A DNA stretch of 64,000 nt from Bacteroidota bacterium. GTDB taxonomy: Bacteria; Bacteroidota; Bacteroidia; Bacteroidales; Paludibacteraceae. Positions 28,715 through 39,938 of this stretch are shown piece by piece. The first letter of the stretch is position 1, and the number at the start of each line of letters is the position of its first letter. Location of the stretch: positions 4,151-68,150 of the forward strand of contig JAFNAS010000010.1 of assembly GCA_017860295.1 (NCBI GenBank). The letters run 5' to 3'. A program made the translations under genes and the position numbers. The notes below the pieces were generated by a model, which saw nothing but the letters and a program-made list of their open reading frames with translations, was not told where the DNA came from and did no database searches.

Positions 28715-31690
28715 ATGTCGAGTATCAGGTTAAATAAAGTAGTTAAGGATTTGAACGTGGGACTTTCGACGGCAGTCGAGTTCTTGCGCAAAAAAGGCTA
28801 TGCTGTTGAGGAGAACCCCAATTTCAAGATTTCGGACGATCAGTATCTTATCCTTGTTAAAGAATTTAGCAATGATAAAGATCTGAAAATGAAATCGGAG
28901 CGTGAAACACAAATGCGCTTGGAAAAAGAGAAGGCTCAAACGATTACAGCTGCAGGCTATGAAGCTCCTGCTGCCAAAGAGAAACCCAAACCTGAAGTTA
29001 AACCTGAACCTAAAGTTGTTGCTGAAGAGATAAAAGTTGAGGTATCGGAGGAGATCCGTCCTCATATTACAACTGTTGGTAAAATAGATCTCGATTCTTT
29101 GGAAAAGAAACCGGAACCAGCCCTCGTAGCTCCTGCTCCGGAAAAGAAACCGGAACCGATTCCGGAGCCTGAAGTGATAGAACAAACCGTTGAAAAAATT
29201 GAAGAACCGGCTCCGGCTCCTGTAATAGTAGAACCAGAACCGGAAATGCCGAAAGAAGAACCGGTAGCGGAGATGAAGCCTGTAGTAGCAGAACCGGCTC
29301 CTGTGGTTGAAAAGAAAGAACCGAAAACGAAAGCCCCTGAAGAAAAGGTTGTAACTATCCAACCGGAGGTCTCGGAGGAGGTCGTTGCAACTCCTGAACA
29401 GGTAGATGATAATGGCGTATTTCAATTGAGACCTACTGTTATTGAACAAAATATCCGGGTCGTAGATAAGATAGACCTTTCGGCGCTTAACCAACAGACC
29501 CGTCCGAAGAAAAAATCGAAGGAAGAAAAGCGTAAAGAACGCGTACAGCGCGAACAACAGAATACGCCGAATAATCAGCATCCTACTACAGCACCTGCAG
29601 CAGCACCTGCAGCTCAGGGTAACGCAGCGACTGCTGATCAGAAAAAAGAAAAACGGAAGCGAATACATAAGGAAAAGGTAGATATTACCAAGCCGAATAC
29701 ACCGGCAGGCAATGCTCAACAAAAACCTCATGACAACCGGCATAAGAGTTCGGGTAATTTTCAGAAAAGACCCTTTAAGCCGGCAGTGAATGAGGAAGAT
29801 GTTCAAAAACAAATCAAAGAAACCCTCGCTCGTCTTACAGAGAAGAAGATCAAAGGTTCTAAATATAGAAAAGAAAAGCGTGACAACGTCTCGGCTCGTA
29901 TGCAGGAGCGTGAAGACAAGGAACGTGACAATGAAAATATACTGAAACTCACCGAGTTTGTTACGGTGGCAGAGTTGGCTACCATGATGGATGCTCCTGT
30001 TACAAAGGTGATCGCCACTTGTATGAACTTAGGTGTAATGGTGTCTATCAATCAACGTCTTGACGCTGAAACCATCAATATCGTTGCTGATGAATTCGGA
30101 TACAAGACCGAATATGTGAGCTCGGAAGTAATCGATGCCATTGCTCAGGATCAGGAGGAAGATCGCGAAGAAGATCTGGAATCCCGTCCTCCTATTGTGA
30201 CAGTCATGGGACACGTCGATCACGGTAAAACATCTTTACTCGATTACGTTCGCAAAGCAAATGTGATTGCCGGTGAAGCCGGTGGTATTACACAGCACAT
30301 CGGAGCCTATCACGTGACATTGGAGAGTGGTCGTGAAATTACTTTTCTCGATACTCCGGGTCACGAAGCATTTACAGCTATGCGTGCCCGTGGTGCTGCT
30401 GTTACCGATATTGCCATTATCATTGTGGCTGCCGACGATAGCGTGATGCCTCAAACCATCGAAGCCATCAACCATGCATCAGCAGCAAATGTTCCGATGG
30501 TGTTTGCTATCAACAAAATAGACAAGCCGGGTGCAAATCCTGAAAAGATAAAAGAAGCGTTGGCTAATATGAACTACCTGGTGGAAGACTGGGGCGGTAA
30601 ATATCAGTCACAGGAAATTTCGGCCAAAAAAGGAGTGGGTGTGCATGAACTACTTGAAAAAGTGTTGTTGGAAGCCGACCTGCTCGAACTGAAGGCCAAT
30701 CCTAATAAACGTGCGATCGGTTCTATCATCGAATCGTCGTTGGATAAGGGGCGTGGTTATGTATCAACCGTTTTGGTAAAAGACGGAACACTGACTATTG
30801 GTGATGTGGTACTTGCCGGAACTCACTTCGGTCGTGTGAAAGCGATGTTCAACGAACGTAACCAACGGGTAACTACAGTGGGTCCTTCGGAACCAGTGCT
30901 GATTCTTGGTTTGGACGGAGCTCCTCAGGCAGGCGATACTTTTAATGTGTTACCGACCGAACAGGAAGCGCGGGAGATTGCCAACAAACGTGAACAGTTG
31001 CAGCGTGAACAAGGTCTGCGTACCAGCCGTCACATTACGCTGGACGAAATCGGTCGCCGTATCGCTATCGGAAACTTCCAGGAGTTGAATGTGATTGTGA
31101 AAGGTGACGTGGATGGCTCTATCGAAGCGCTTTCCGATTCGTTGATAAAACTTTCTACCGAAGAAATTCAGGTAAATGTGATTCACAAAGCGGTCGGTCA
31201 GATTTCCGAATCGGATGTTATGCTTGCTGCGGCTTCGAATGCTATTATCGTCGGTTTCCAGGTGCGTCCGTCAATGGCAGCCCGCAAACTGGCCGAGAAA
31301 GAAGAGATCGATATCCGCCTCTACTCCATTATCTATAATGCGATTGAAGAGTTGAAAGCGGCTATGGAAGGGATGCTTTCTCCCGAAATCAAAGAAGAGG
31401 TGGTGGCTACGCTCGAGGTACAAGAGGTCTTCAAGATTACCAAAGTGGGTTCGGTTGCCGGATGTATCGTACGTGAAGGTAAGATTAAACGCGGAACGAA
31501 AGTACGCCTTATTCGTGACGGTATTGTGGTCTTCAGCGGCGAGCTTGGGTCTCTGAAGCGTTTCAAAGACGATGTGAAAGAGGTTGCCAACGGATACGAA
31601 TGCGGTTTGAATATTGCCAACTACAATGATATTAAAGCGGGCGATCTTATCGAAGGCTATGAAGAAGTTGAAGTTAAGAAGACTCTTTGA
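28715..31690 (+). CDS. infB: Translation initiation factor IF-2
   Basis: [55 protein letters not shown]; Pro/Glu-rich N-terminal linker. Confidence 0.98.
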   Translation: MSSIRLNKVVKDLNVGLSTAVEFLRKKGYAVEENPNFKISDDQYLILVKEFSNDKDLKMKSERETQMRLEKEKAQTITAAGYEAPAAKEKPKPEVKPEPKVVAEEIKVEVSEEIRPHITTVGKIDLDSLEKKPEPALVAPAPEKKPEPIPEPEVIEQTVEKIEEPAPAPVIVEPEPEMPKEEPVAEMKPVVAEPAPVVEKKEPKTKAPEEKVVTIQPEVSEEVVATPEQVDDNGVFQLRPTVIEQNIRVVDKIDLSALNQQTRPKKKSKEEKRKERVQREQQNTPNNQHPTTAPAAAPAAQGNAATADQKKEKRKRIHKEKVDITKPNTPAGNAQQKPHDNRHKSSGNFQKRPFKPAVNEEDVQKQIKETLARLTEKKIKGSKYRKEKRDNVSARMQEREDKERDNENILKLTEFVTVAELATMMDAPVTKVIATCMNLGVMVSINQRLDAETINIVADEFGYKTEYVSSEVIDAIAQDQEEDREEDLESRPPIVTVMGHVDHGKTSLLDYVRKANVIAGEAGGITQHIGAYHVTLESGREITFLDTPGHEAFTAMRARGAAVTDIAIIIVAADDSVMPQTIEAINHASAANVPMVFAINKIDKPGANPEKIKEALANMNYLVEDWGGKYQSQEISAKKGVGVHELLEKVLLEADLLELKANPNKRAIGSIIESSLDKGRGYVSTVLVKDGTLTIGDVVLAGTHFGRVKAMFNERNQRVTTVGPSEPVLILGLDGAPQAGDTFNVLPTEQEAREIANKREQLQREQGLRTSRHITLDEIGRRIAIGNFQELNVIVKGDVDGSIEALSDSLIKLSTEEIQVNVIHKAVGQISESDVMLAAASNAIIVGFQVRPSMAARKLAEKEEIDIRLYSIIYNAIEELKAAMEGMLSPEIKEEVVATLEVQEVFKITKVGSVAGCIVREGKIKRGTKVRLIRDGIVVFSGELGSLKRFKDDVKEVANGYECGLNIANYNDIKAGDLIEGYEEVEVKKTL

Positions 31691-31718
31691 TTATAAGTAA
31701 TATAATTGCAGCAAACAC

Positions 31719-31770
31719 AACGGCTGCGGATAAAGACCTGAGTCGTTGTCCGTAGTCGTTTTTGTTTTTA
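31719..31770 (+). terminator. Long G-U-rich hairpin with U tract after infB
   Basis: aacggctgcggataaagac-ctga-gtcgttgtccgtagtcgtt then tttgttttt; 18 of 19 positions pair, several as G-U. Confidence 0.75.
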
Positions 31771-31789
31771 TTCCTACTAATAATTTTTT

Positions 31790-32329
31790 ATGTCCACTCT
31801 GGATTATTTTTTTCTGATTCTAATGGGAATCGGTATGGTTTTCGGTTTCGCGAAAGGAGCATTCCGCTTGCTTGCTACGTTGGCCGGAATCGTACTCGGA
31901 ATTTATGCCGCCCGTTTTTTCTATCAACCGATGGCCTCTATGCTGATGGCACTGTTTCATGTGTCGTCGAAAGTAGCATTTCCTCTGGCCTTTTTTGTGT
32001 TGTTTGTGGCCGTTGGTCTGGGCTTATATCTGTTGGGATGGATGATGACCAAGGTGTCGAAGGCGATGGCACTGTCGTGGCTCAACCGTTTGTGTGGCGG
32101 AGGACTGGGTATTTTGCAGGTGGCACTGGTTTTGGGTGTGTTGATAAATCTTTATTCGTCGGCGCATTATAAAGTGACCGGAAAAGGGGCGGAGACTGCT
32201 CCCGGATCGTTGCTCTATTCGCCTTTGAAGCAGTTGCCTGATCTTGTTCTGCCGTACATGGATTTCGATAAATGGAATAAGACGCCGACGGTTCGGAATA
32301 ATGCAAACGATGCAGCTTTTGCGTCGTGA
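31790..32329 (+). CDS. cvpA: CvpA family (colicin V production) membrane protein
   Basis: LDYFFLILMGIGMVFGFAKG, LSWLNRLCGGGLG, SLLY; four hydrophobic segments. Confidence 0.85.
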   Translation: MSTLDYFFLILMGIGMVFGFAKGAFRLLATLAGIVLGIYAARFFYQPMASMLMALFHVSSKVAFPLAFFVLFVAVGLGLYLLGWMMTKVSKAMALSWLNRLCGGGLGILQVALVLGVLINLYSSAHYKVTGKGAETAPGSLLYSPLKQLPDLVLPYMDFDKWNKTPTVRNNANDAAFAS

Positions 32330-32413
32330 AAAAATGTTATTTTACTGGGATTCCTTGCTTAAAATGAGTATCTTTGCACTTGTAAAGTTCAAACACAATA
32401 AACAATAAATACT

Positions 32414-33406
32414 ATGGTAAGCTACAAAGAATTAGGACTCGTAAACACAAAAGAGTTGTTTAAGAAAGCGATCGAAGGCAAATATGCCATTCCTGCTTTC
32501 AATTTCAATAATCTGGAACAGTTGCAGGCAATTATTTCAGGTTGTGTTGAAACAAAATCGCCTGTGATTTTGCAGGTTTCGAGCGGTGCCCGTAAATATG
32601 CAAACCAGACCTTATTGCGTTACATGGCTCAGGGAGCTGTTGAATATGCAAAAGAATTGGGTTATGCAATTCCGGTTGTATTGCACCTCGATCATGGCGA
32701 TAGCTTTGAATTGTGTAAAGATTGTATCGATATGGGCTTCTCGTCTGTAATGATCGACGGCTCTCATTTTCCTTACGAAGAAAATATCGCTTTGACAAAG
32801 AAAGTGGTAGAATATGCTCATGCTCACGATGTAACCGTTGAAGGTGAACTGGGAGTGTTGGCTGGCGTTGAAGATGACGTGGTTGCCGAACATCACACCT
32901 ATACTCAACCTGCTGAAGTGGTTGATTTTGTTACTCGTACAGGTGTTGACTCGTTGGCTATCTCTATCGGTACTTCTCATGGTGCAAACAAATTTACACC
33001 GGCACAATGTACCCGTGATGCAAACGGTATTTTGATTCCGCCTCCATTGCGTTTCGATATCCTTGAAGAGATCGAAAAACAGATTCCGGGATTTCCTATC
33101 GTATTGCACGGTTCTTCTTCTGTACCTCAGGAATATGTTGCAACTATTAACAAATTCGGTGGTGCTTTGAAAGATTCTATCGGTATTCCTGAAGAACAAT
33201 TGCGTCACGCAGCTTCTTCGGCTGTTTGCAAAATCAACATCGATTCCGACGGTCGTCTGGCTATGACCGCTGCCGTTCGTGAAGTGTTGGCAACTAAACC
33301 GGGTGAATTCGATCCACGTAAATATTTAGGCCCTGCTCGCGATGAGTTGAAAAAACTTTACATGCACAAAACACAAAACGTTTTGGGTAGCGCAGGTAAA
33401 GCGTAA
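32414..33406 (+). CDS. fba: Fructose-bisphosphate aldolase class II
   Basis: AFNFNNLE, LHLDHG, SSVMIDGSH, VEGELG, IGTSHG, VLHGSS, KINIDSD, FDPRKYL. -7 element TATCTTTG at 32369-32376. Confidence 0.97.
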   Translation: MVSYKELGLVNTKELFKKAIEGKYAIPAFNFNNLEQLQAIISGCVETKSPVILQVSSGARKYANQTLLRYMAQGAVEYAKELGYAIPVVLHLDHGDSFELCKDCIDMGFSSVMIDGSHFPYEENIALTKKVVEYAHAHDVTVEGELGVLAGVEDDVVAEHHTYTQPAEVVDFVTRTGVDSLAISIGTSHGANKFTPAQCTRDANGILIPPPLRFDILEEIEKQIPGFPIVLHGSSSVPQEYVATINKFGGALKDSIGIPEEQLRHAASSAVCKINIDSDGRLAMTAAVREVLATKPGEFDPRKYLGPARDELKKLYMHKTQNVLGSAGKA

Positions 33407-33448
33407 TTCTAATACTTCAAGCCCCCTGCTTTGCGCAGGGAGCGGATA

Positions 33449-33477
33449 AAGGCCGTCTCGCAACAGACGGCTTTTTT
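33449..33477 (+). terminator. Intrinsic terminator of fba
   Basis: gccgtct-cgcaac-agacggc followed by tttttt; preceded by a second hairpin ccctgc/gcaggg. Confidence 0.85.
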
Positions 33478-33527
33478 ATGCTTTCAGTAACAAGAAATTA
33501 TATTTAATTTTGTGGGTAAAATAAGCC

Positions 33528-34046
33528 ATGACCGCTTTTTCTCGCTTACGTTCCGCTTTTTTCAGAAGAGATGCCGTTACCGTTGCCCGCGAGTTGCTGG
33601 GCAAAACTATTGTGCGTCGCTTTGAAAGCGGAGAGATAAAGCGTTTTGTTATTGTGGAGACCGAAGCTTATCTGGGAGAGGACGATTTGGCCTGTCATGC
33701 AAGTAAAGGGCGTACGCCACGTACCGAAGTGATGTATCACGATGGAGGCAAAATTTACGTGTATCTTATCTACGGTATGTACTGGATGCTTAATTTTGTT
33801 ACCGGTGACGATGGTCATCCGCAAGCAGTGTTGATCAGAGGCGTAGATAATGTGATAGGTTCGGGCAGGGTAGGACGCCTGTTGCAACTCGATAAAACGT
33901 TTTACGGCGAAGATTTGTTTACTTCCGAACGTTTATGGGTGGAAGATAGTCCTATGTTGGAACAGTACACAACGGCGCCTCGTGTAGGGGTTGACTATGC
34001 TGGAGAGTGGAAAGACCGGAAGTGGCGATTTATTGCCGGAAAATAG
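33528..34046 (+). CDS. DNA-3-methyladenine glycosylase (MPG/AAG family)
   Basis: VARELLGK, IVETEAYLG..DLACHA, YVYLIYGMYWMLNFVT, AVLIRG, PRVGV, WRF. Confidence 0.92.
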   Translation: MTAFSRLRSAFFRRDAVTVARELLGKTIVRRFESGEIKRFVIVETEAYLGEDDLACHASKGRTPRTEVMYHDGGKIYVYLIYGMYWMLNFVTGDDGHPQAVLIRGVDNVIGSGRVGRLLQLDKTFYGEDLFTSERLWVEDSPMLEQYTTAPRVGVDYAGEWKDRKWRFIAGK

Positions 34047-34068
34047 CGTTGTAATGTGAGAATGAACA

Positions 34069-34144
34069 CACACGTATGCAAATAAATTTGCATACGTATC
34101 CGGGTAAATTTATATACGTCCGGAAATTTATTTGCACACGTGTG
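34069..34144. repeat. Composite palindromic element with 21-bp terminal inverted repeats
   Basis: cacacgtatgcaaataaattt (34069-34089) versus aaatttatttgcacacgtgtg (34124-34144), 20/21 complementary; internal aaattt..tacgt units. Confidence 0.8.
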
Positions 34145-34231
34145 AGATTCTGCTTCCGAATGAATGAACCGAAACCTCTTCGGTTAGAGTTTGCTGCACG
34201 AACAAAATAAACAGTATTAAAGCAGAAAATT

Positions 34232-34567
34232 ATGGATACAACAAGACAAGAGAAAATAGGACGGATGTTGCAAAAAGAGCTGAGCAGTATGTTTCTCGGC
34301 ATTGCGCGCAATTATCCGGGTGTGATGATTACCGTTACCAATGTGCGTATTACGTCCGATTTGAGCATCGCAAAAGTGTACCTGAGTATTTTCCCGGGTG
34401 ATAAGTCTGAGTCTACACTGGCTCTTATCAAGGGACATACCAAGACCATTCGTTACGAGTTGGGGGTAAAAGTGCGACATCAGTTGCGTCTGGTGCCGGA
34501 ACTGGTGTTTTATCTCGATGATACGCTCGACTATATCGAGAATATCGACAAGTTGTTGAAGAAATAA
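34232..34567 (+). CDS. rbfA: Ribosome-binding factor A
   Basis: RQEKIGRMLQKEL, VRITSDLSIAKVYLSIFP, RHQLRLVPELVFYLDDTLDY. Confidence 0.96.
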   Translation: MDTTRQEKIGRMLQKELSSMFLGIARNYPGVMITVTNVRITSDLSIAKVYLSIFPGDKSESTLALIKGHTKTIRYELGVKVRHQLRLVPELVFYLDDTLDYIENIDKLLKK

Positions 34568-34600
34568 GGGAGGTTAGGACATCTTCAAATTTAGATTTTC

Positions 34601-35830
34601 GTGAATTTAGCATTCCATATTGCCCGTCGTTATCTTTTTGCCAAAAAGTCGCACAATGCCATCAATATCATTTCGGGTATTTCGGCCGGAGGTGTATGTG
34701 TGGGCACCATGGCGATGATATGTATACTTTCGGTTTTTAATGGTTTTGAAGGGCTGATTCAACAGCTTTTCAGTGCTTTCGACCCTGATTTGAAGATTGA
34801 GCTGGTGCAAGGGAAGTCGTTTGACACGCATACCAAAGAGTGGGATGCAGTGCGTCAACTCAAAGATATTGCTTTTTATGACGAAGTAGTGGAAGATAAT
34901 GCCATGTTGCGTTATAAAGACAAGCAACTGCCTGCAATTATTAAAGGAGTGGGAAGCAAATTTCAGACGATGACCGCTATCGATAGTTTATTGGTTTCGG
35001 GTAGTTTTGTGCTGAATGACGGTGTTTTCGAAAATGGAATTATGGGTGTCGGGCTGGCCGGTGCATTGGGAACGGGATCAAAAGCGCTCGATCCCATTCA
35101 GGTGTATGCTCCTAAACGGACGTCGGCTATCAATCTGGTAAATCCGGAGAGCAGCTTTAATCGCGATCAAATATTTATATCGGGTATCTTTGCCGTCAAG
35201 CAGGCGGCCTACGACGATAAGTATTTCCTCGTTTCGTTACCTTTTGCGCGTCGTTTATTCGACTATCCCGATAATGTGGCAACTTCCGTCAGCCTGAAAC
35301 TGAAACCGGGTGTCGAAAACGTTCAGGTGCAGAAGGCGGTCAAAACTATATTGGGTGACAAGTTCTCGGTGCTTAACCGATACGAACAGCAGAGCGACTA
35401 CTTCCGTATTATGAAGATTGAGAAGTGGATGACTTATCTGATTTTGTCTTTCATCCTGCTGATAGCCGTGTTCAATATCATCGGCTCTTTATCCATGCTG
35501 ATTATCGACAAGGAAAAAGATATCCAAACGCTCCGTAATCTTGGCGCCGACAACCGATTGATTCAACGGATATTTCTCTTCGAAGGGTGGATGATTTCGG
35601 TAGGAGGAGCATTTCTTGGAGTTGTGCTGGGCGTGTTGTTGTGTCTTGGGCAATATTATTTCGGCTGGATCAAACTGCAAGGCTCCGGTTTTATTATCGA
35701 TTCTTATCCGGTGGAGGTGGTTTGGACGGATCTTGTCGTTGTCCTCTCGACCGTCAGTGTGATGGGATTCCTGGCGGCTCTTTATCCGGTACGTTATTTG
35801 AGGAAAAACCTGTTTGAAAAGGTGAGTTGA
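34601..35830 (+). CDS. ABC transporter permease, LolC/E (FtsX-like) family
   Basis: IARRYLFAKKSHNAINIIS, LSVFNGFE, AVFNIIGSLSMLIIDKEKDIQTLRNLGA, IFLFEG, SYPV. Confidence 0.88.
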   Translation: MNLAFHIARRYLFAKKSHNAINIISGISAGGVCVGTMAMICILSVFNGFEGLIQQLFSAFDPDLKIELVQGKSFDTHTKEWDAVRQLKDIAFYDEVVEDNAMLRYKDKQLPAIIKGVGSKFQTMTAIDSLLVSGSFVLNDGVFENGIMGVGLAGALGTGSKALDPIQVYAPKRTSAINLVNPESSFNRDQIFISGIFAVKQAAYDDKYFLVSLPFARRLFDYPDNVATSVSLKLKPGVENVQVQKAVKTILGDKFSVLNRYEQQSDYFRIMKIEKWMTYLILSFILLIAVFNIIGSLSMLIIDKEKDIQTLRNLGADNRLIQRIFLFEGWMISVGGAFLGVVLGVLLCLGQYYFGWIKLQGSGFIIDSYPVEVVWTDLVVVLSTVSVMGFLAALYPVRYLRKNLFEKVS

Positions 35831-35851
35831 ACGAGTTGGAAATGCAATAAT

Positions 35852-35884
35852 AAAAAAGGATGTCTTCTGTAAGACATCCTTTTC
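35852..35884. terminator. Bidirectional terminator between the lolE-like gene and gltX
   Basis: aaaaggatgtctt-ctgt-aagacatcctttt, perfect 13-bp stem. Confidence 0.88.
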
Positions 35885-35890
35885 TGTGTT

Positions 35891-37408
35891 TTAAAGCCTA
35901 ATGGTTTCTATTGCCCGTTGTACACGGCGTAATGTCTCTTCTTTGCCGATAATTTCGGTCAGGTCGAAGATATGCGGGCCTTTCGATTCGCCAACCAGCG
36001 CGATGCGAAAGGCATTCATTACGTCACCTGTTTTATACTCTTTGGCGGCGATCCATTCCATCACTTTTGCTTCCGTGTCAGCTTTGTCGGTCACAAATTT
36101 GTCCAAGGATTCAATAAATGATGATAGTTCGGTGAGTTGTTGCGCCGTAAACGGTTTCCAACGTTTTTGAACCGATTTTTCGTCGTAAGCGGTAGGTGCC
36201 ACGAAGAAGTAAGAGGTGATGTCCCATAATTCGCCGATGAAGTTGATCCGTTCACGCATCAGTGTCACCACTTTGGTAATGGTCTCGTCGGATGCTGATA
36301 CTCCTTTGGTGGCTAGAACCGGTTTGAACCGGCTTGTAAGTTCTTCAACCGGCTTTAGTTGCAGGTATTGGTGGTTGAACCATTTTCCTTTTTCGAAGTC
36401 GAATTTGGCGCCGCTCTTGCTGCAACGTTCCATCGAAAACTCTTTGATCAATTCTTCCATCGAAAAGATCTCTTGATCGGAACCGGCATGCCAGCCCAAT
36501 AATGCAAGAAAGTTGATAACCGCTTCGGGTTCATAACCTGTTTCGCGGTAGCCGCTCGAAATGTCGCCTGTTTTCGGATCTTTCCATTCCAACGGGAATA
36601 CAGGGAATCCAAGACGATCGCCATCGCGTTTGCTCAGTTTGCCGTTTCCATCGGGTTTAAGCAGCAGGGGCAAGTGGGCGAATTGCGGCATGGTGTCTTG
36701 CCAACCCAGCGCACGGTAAAGCAACACGTGCAGCGGAGCCGATGGCAACCACTCTTCGCCGCGAATCACGTGCGAAATCTCCATCAGGTGGTCGTCTACC
36801 ACATTGGCAAGATGGTAGGTGGGCAGGCTGTCGGCCGATTTGTAGAGTACCTTGTCATCCAGAATCGATGAGTTGATCACCACTTCGCCACGGATCAGAT
36901 CCTGCACATGAACCTCTTCGTTCGGCTCTATCTTGATGCGGACAACATACTGTTTGCCTGCATCGATGCGGCTCTGAACATCATCGGCAGATAGCGTCAG
37001 CGAGTTCTGCATCATGCTGCGGGTAGAGGCATCATATTGGAAGTTTTTAATTTCGTTACGTTTGGCTTCCAGCTCTTCGGGCGTGTCGAATGCAATATAA
37101 GCCTTGCCGTCGTTCAAAAGTTGGTCGACGTATTCGCGGTAAATCGCTTTGCGTTCGCTCTGACGGTAGGGCGCATGTGGCCCGCCTTGTTGTACTCCCT
37201 CGTCGATTTTAATGCCTAACCATGCCAGCGATTCTTCGATATAGGCTTCCGCTCCTGGAACGAAGCGATTGGAATCGGTATCTTCGATGCGCAGCAGCAT
37301 GTCACCGCCGTGTTGTTTGGCAAAAAGGTAATTGTATAACGCGGTACGTACTCCTCCGATGTGGAGCGGACCGGTAGGACTTGGAGCAAAACGGACTCTT
37401 ACTTTCAT
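35891..37408 (-). CDS. gltX: Glutamate--tRNA ligase
   Basis: [14 protein letters not shown] (HIGH), [26 protein letters not shown]. -7 element TATCTTTG at 37480-37487 (minus). Confidence 0.98.
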   Translation of the reverse strand: MKVRVRFAPSPTGPLHIGGVRTALYNYLFAKQHGGDMLLRIEDTDSNRFVPGAEAYIEESLAWLGIKIDEGVQQGGPHAPYRQSERKAIYREYVDQLLNDGKAYIAFDTPEELEAKRNEIKNFQYDASTRSMMQNSLTLSADDVQSRIDAGKQYVVRIKIEPNEEVHVQDLIRGEVVINSSILDDKVLYKSADSLPTYHLANVVDDHLMEISHVIRGEEWLPSAPLHVLLYRALGWQDTMPQFAHLPLLLKPDGNGKLSKRDGDRLGFPVFPLEWKDPKTGDISSGYRETGYEPEAVINFLALLGWHAGSDQEIFSMEELIKEFSMERCSKSGAKFDFEKGKWFNHQYLQLKPVEELTSRFKPVLATKGVSASDETITKVVTLMRERINFIGELWDITSYFFVAPTAYDEKSVQKRWKPFTAQQLTELSSFIESLDKFVTDKADTEAKVMEWIAAKEYKTGDVMNAFRIALVGESKGPHIFDLTEIIGKEETLRRVQRAIETIRL

Positions 37409-37678
37409 TTCTAGATGGTTGTTATTCTGATAAATTGTGCGATAGTTAATGATGTCGGGTCCCCGACAAAAGCAGCGTGCAAAGATAACAAAAAGAGTTG
37501 ACCCTGTAAAGGCTAGACTCTTGTATAGTTGATCTGATAATGGTTTGCGAACGATATATGTGTAGGCTAAAAAGATGGATTATAATAAATAGACCGAAAA
37601 ATGTATCTTTGTAGTGTGAAATCTTCTTTTTTGTAATAACCTGTTTTGAATCGGAACTGTTCGACTTTTTGTCTAGGA

Positions 37679-38791
37679 ATGAATAATTTAGTGTACATAT
37701 TATTGACAAATGCGTTGGCAGCGGCCTGTATGGTTTTTGCCATCATATTCATTACCTTTCCGATACCTCAAAAGGAGGGACTAAAAAATTACCGGATATC
37801 GTTACGTTTTTTGTTTGTTGCCTATGCCATTTCGGCACTTATTGCAGTATTTGACAAGATATTGGTAAACGTTTTGTCCATGATTTTCCTGTCCATGTGT
37901 TCGTTTCTGATATTACTCTTTTCTATCGCCTTGATCAATTTACTGCATCCCGAACGAATAACTCGAAAGTTTATTTTGTTGCATTTTTTTCCTTTATTGG
38001 CAATCAATATGGTATATTGGTTGATTGCCATAAAAGCAGGAAACCCAAGGCTTACAGACCTGACTCAGGTAATCGGCAACATATCCCATTTTCCGGTGTT
38101 GATCCGGGTAATGACATGGCTGGCGTGTATTGTACAACTGGCCTATTTTGCATGCATCTTTCAACGCGAATCGGCATTGTACAAGAATCGGCTGAATGAA
38201 TGCTTTTCCGAAAACTACCAGCTGAATTTGCCGTGGGTACGTTTATGTTATTATGGTGCGATTGCGCTTGGCGTATATGCATTGATTATTGCATTAGTTC
38301 CTTCTCCGATTGCATTGATGACTTTCTTTTCGGTGCTTGCTGTTTTTTTTATCGTGTTCGGTGTTTGCTATATCCAATATCCGCGCACGTATGTGAAAGT
38401 GGAGACGGCATTCCATCCGTTGATGCAAGAGGCGAAACGAATGCCGAAGCGCCGTTATTCGTGGCCTCAACTTAGAGAGCAGGTAATAGCACGCAAATAT
38501 TACATGACACCCGGTATCAATATTGAAGAGATTGCACAGTCGCTGAAAATAGGGCGAACCACCTTGTCGGGTTTTATCAACAAAGAGGAGGGAATGAATT
38601 TTAATTCCTGGATAGGAACTCTACGGGTGGAAGAAGCCATCCGTCTCTTTCACGAAGACCCGCAGCTTACCATAACGCAAGTGTCGGAAATGGTAGGCTA
38701 TAGCGAACCCTCCAACTTTAGCCGGCAGTTCAAGAGCGTAACAGGCATCTCTCCTTCCGAATGGTATCGTCAGGAACAAAAACCGGCATAG
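37679..38791 (+). CDS. Membrane-anchored AraC-family transcriptional regulator
   Basis: About 6-7 hydrophobic segments, then an AraC domain (INIEEIAQSLKIGRTTLSGFIN, FNSWIGTLRVEEA, VSEMVGYSEPSNFSRQFKSVTGISPSEW). -7 element TATCTTTG at 37604-37611; the ATG at 37679 is preferred. Confidence 0.88.
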   Translation: MNNLVYILLTNALAAACMVFAIIFITFPIPQKEGLKNYRISLRFLFVAYAISALIAVFDKILVNVLSMIFLSMCSFLILLFSIALINLLHPERITRKFILLHFFPLLAINMVYWLIAIKAGNPRLTDLTQVIGNISHFPVLIRVMTWLACIVQLAYFACIFQRESALYKNRLNECFSENYQLNLPWVRLCYYGAIALGVYALIIALVPSPIALMTFFSVLAVFFIVFGVCYIQYPRTYVKVETAFHPLMQEAKRMPKRRYSWPQLREQVIARKYYMTPGINIEEIAQSLKIGRTTLSGFINKEEGMNFNSWIGTLRVEEAIRLFHEDPQLTITQVSEMVGYSEPSNFSRQFKSVTGISPSEWYRQEQKPA

Positions 38792-39012
38792 GCGGTTCTT
38801 TGTTTTAAATAATGCCGTATTCTTCCGAAAAATTGATTCTTTTTGAGTAAACTTGTCAGAATGAACGGTCGTTTTGCATGTATTGATAAATAGCCGACGG
38901 TGCAAGTTGGCTAATTTTGTCACGTCAAATCCACTCGAGGTTTTCCATGGTGTATTTGGTTAGTGTACTTTTAACTGCAAAAAACCAAAGTCTAAAGAGA
39001 AGAGTAATCGAA

Positions 39013-39049
39013 AAACCAGCCTTCGGGATTTAATCCGGGAGGCTGGTTT
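39013..39049. terminator. Strong hairpin, probably a bidirectional terminator
   Basis: aaaccagccttcggga-tttaa-tccgggaggctggttt; 15 of 16 positions pair. Confidence 0.75.
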
Positions 39050-39938
39050 GTTGTTTGTGTCGTGTTGCTCTTCCTTCTGATTGGTATACGCACAAGTGTG
39101 AGGAGTATTTATTGTTTACACCGGCGATCAAGACCATTCTTTTTCTTCGATCTTGTCAAAATAAAGGACTACTATTCGACCTTTAACTTCAAAAGGGAAT
39201 ATCTTCCTGAAGTACACCTTCATGTTGTACTCAGGGGGGGGGCGGGTCAATTCTTATTTCTTGGTTTCCTCATTTTTTTTCTTGGCAGCCATTGTGGCGC
39301 GGGCTTTGCATCCGATGTAAAATGGTTTCAACCGTTGTTGGAAGGGCTTTGCATGTGTTGTTGACTGGTTCCGATAGTGGTTGACATGGCATTGCCGCCA
39401 GTGAAGTGTGATTTCAATAGTCGTTGCAAGAGAACACAGCCCATGAACTCTCTTTTAGGCTCCGGTTGACGGTGGTGTTGGATCGTTGGAAGATTAGATA
39501 AAACTAATTTGAAGAGAGAAATGTCGGTATGACGCGCCTCATGCTTCCGTCCGGAATCGGAATATAACCATTGGGTGTGACAGTATAATAAGCGTGTTTG
39601 TGTTGCTATCCATGAGCAGAAAACTAAAGTATTCGTCGTAAATATAGAAAAATGATTTTATAGTCTCCATGACGTAAAAAATATTTATTGTTATCGGACT
39701 CTATGCTCTATCGTTTGGATGGAGAGTAGGCATATTGATGTATGTCGCATGTTGTTTTACTGCGTATTTTCGATGGAAGAGAGAGAGTTGAGGATGCATA
39801 TTCTCTGTTGAAAGGTGAGTTTTAACGGACTAATTGTACGAACCATATTTACGTGCAATGCCGGATGGTATGCTGTCGGTTATTCGCTATTTGTATAGTC
39901 TTTATGGGCGAAGGCTGTAATTCGGATGACCGCAGAGT

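Noticed and set aside
28730-29812. 360-aa Phe/Arg-rich minus-strand ORF, and the Pro/Glu/Lys-rich IF-2 N-terminus as a novelty
   Set aside because: The ORF is the reverse complement of the low-complexity IF-2 linker, and long variable N-termini are normal for IF-2.
34069-34144. Possible mini-CRISPR array
   Set aside because: The units are palindromic and adjacent with no unique spacers of 30-40 bp, and no cas genes are present.
39062-39364. 100-aa plus-strand ORF (GTG start) containing a G9 tract, as a phase-variable gene
   Set aside because: No promoter, since it starts just after a terminator; no recognisable domain; the composition looks like non-coding translation.
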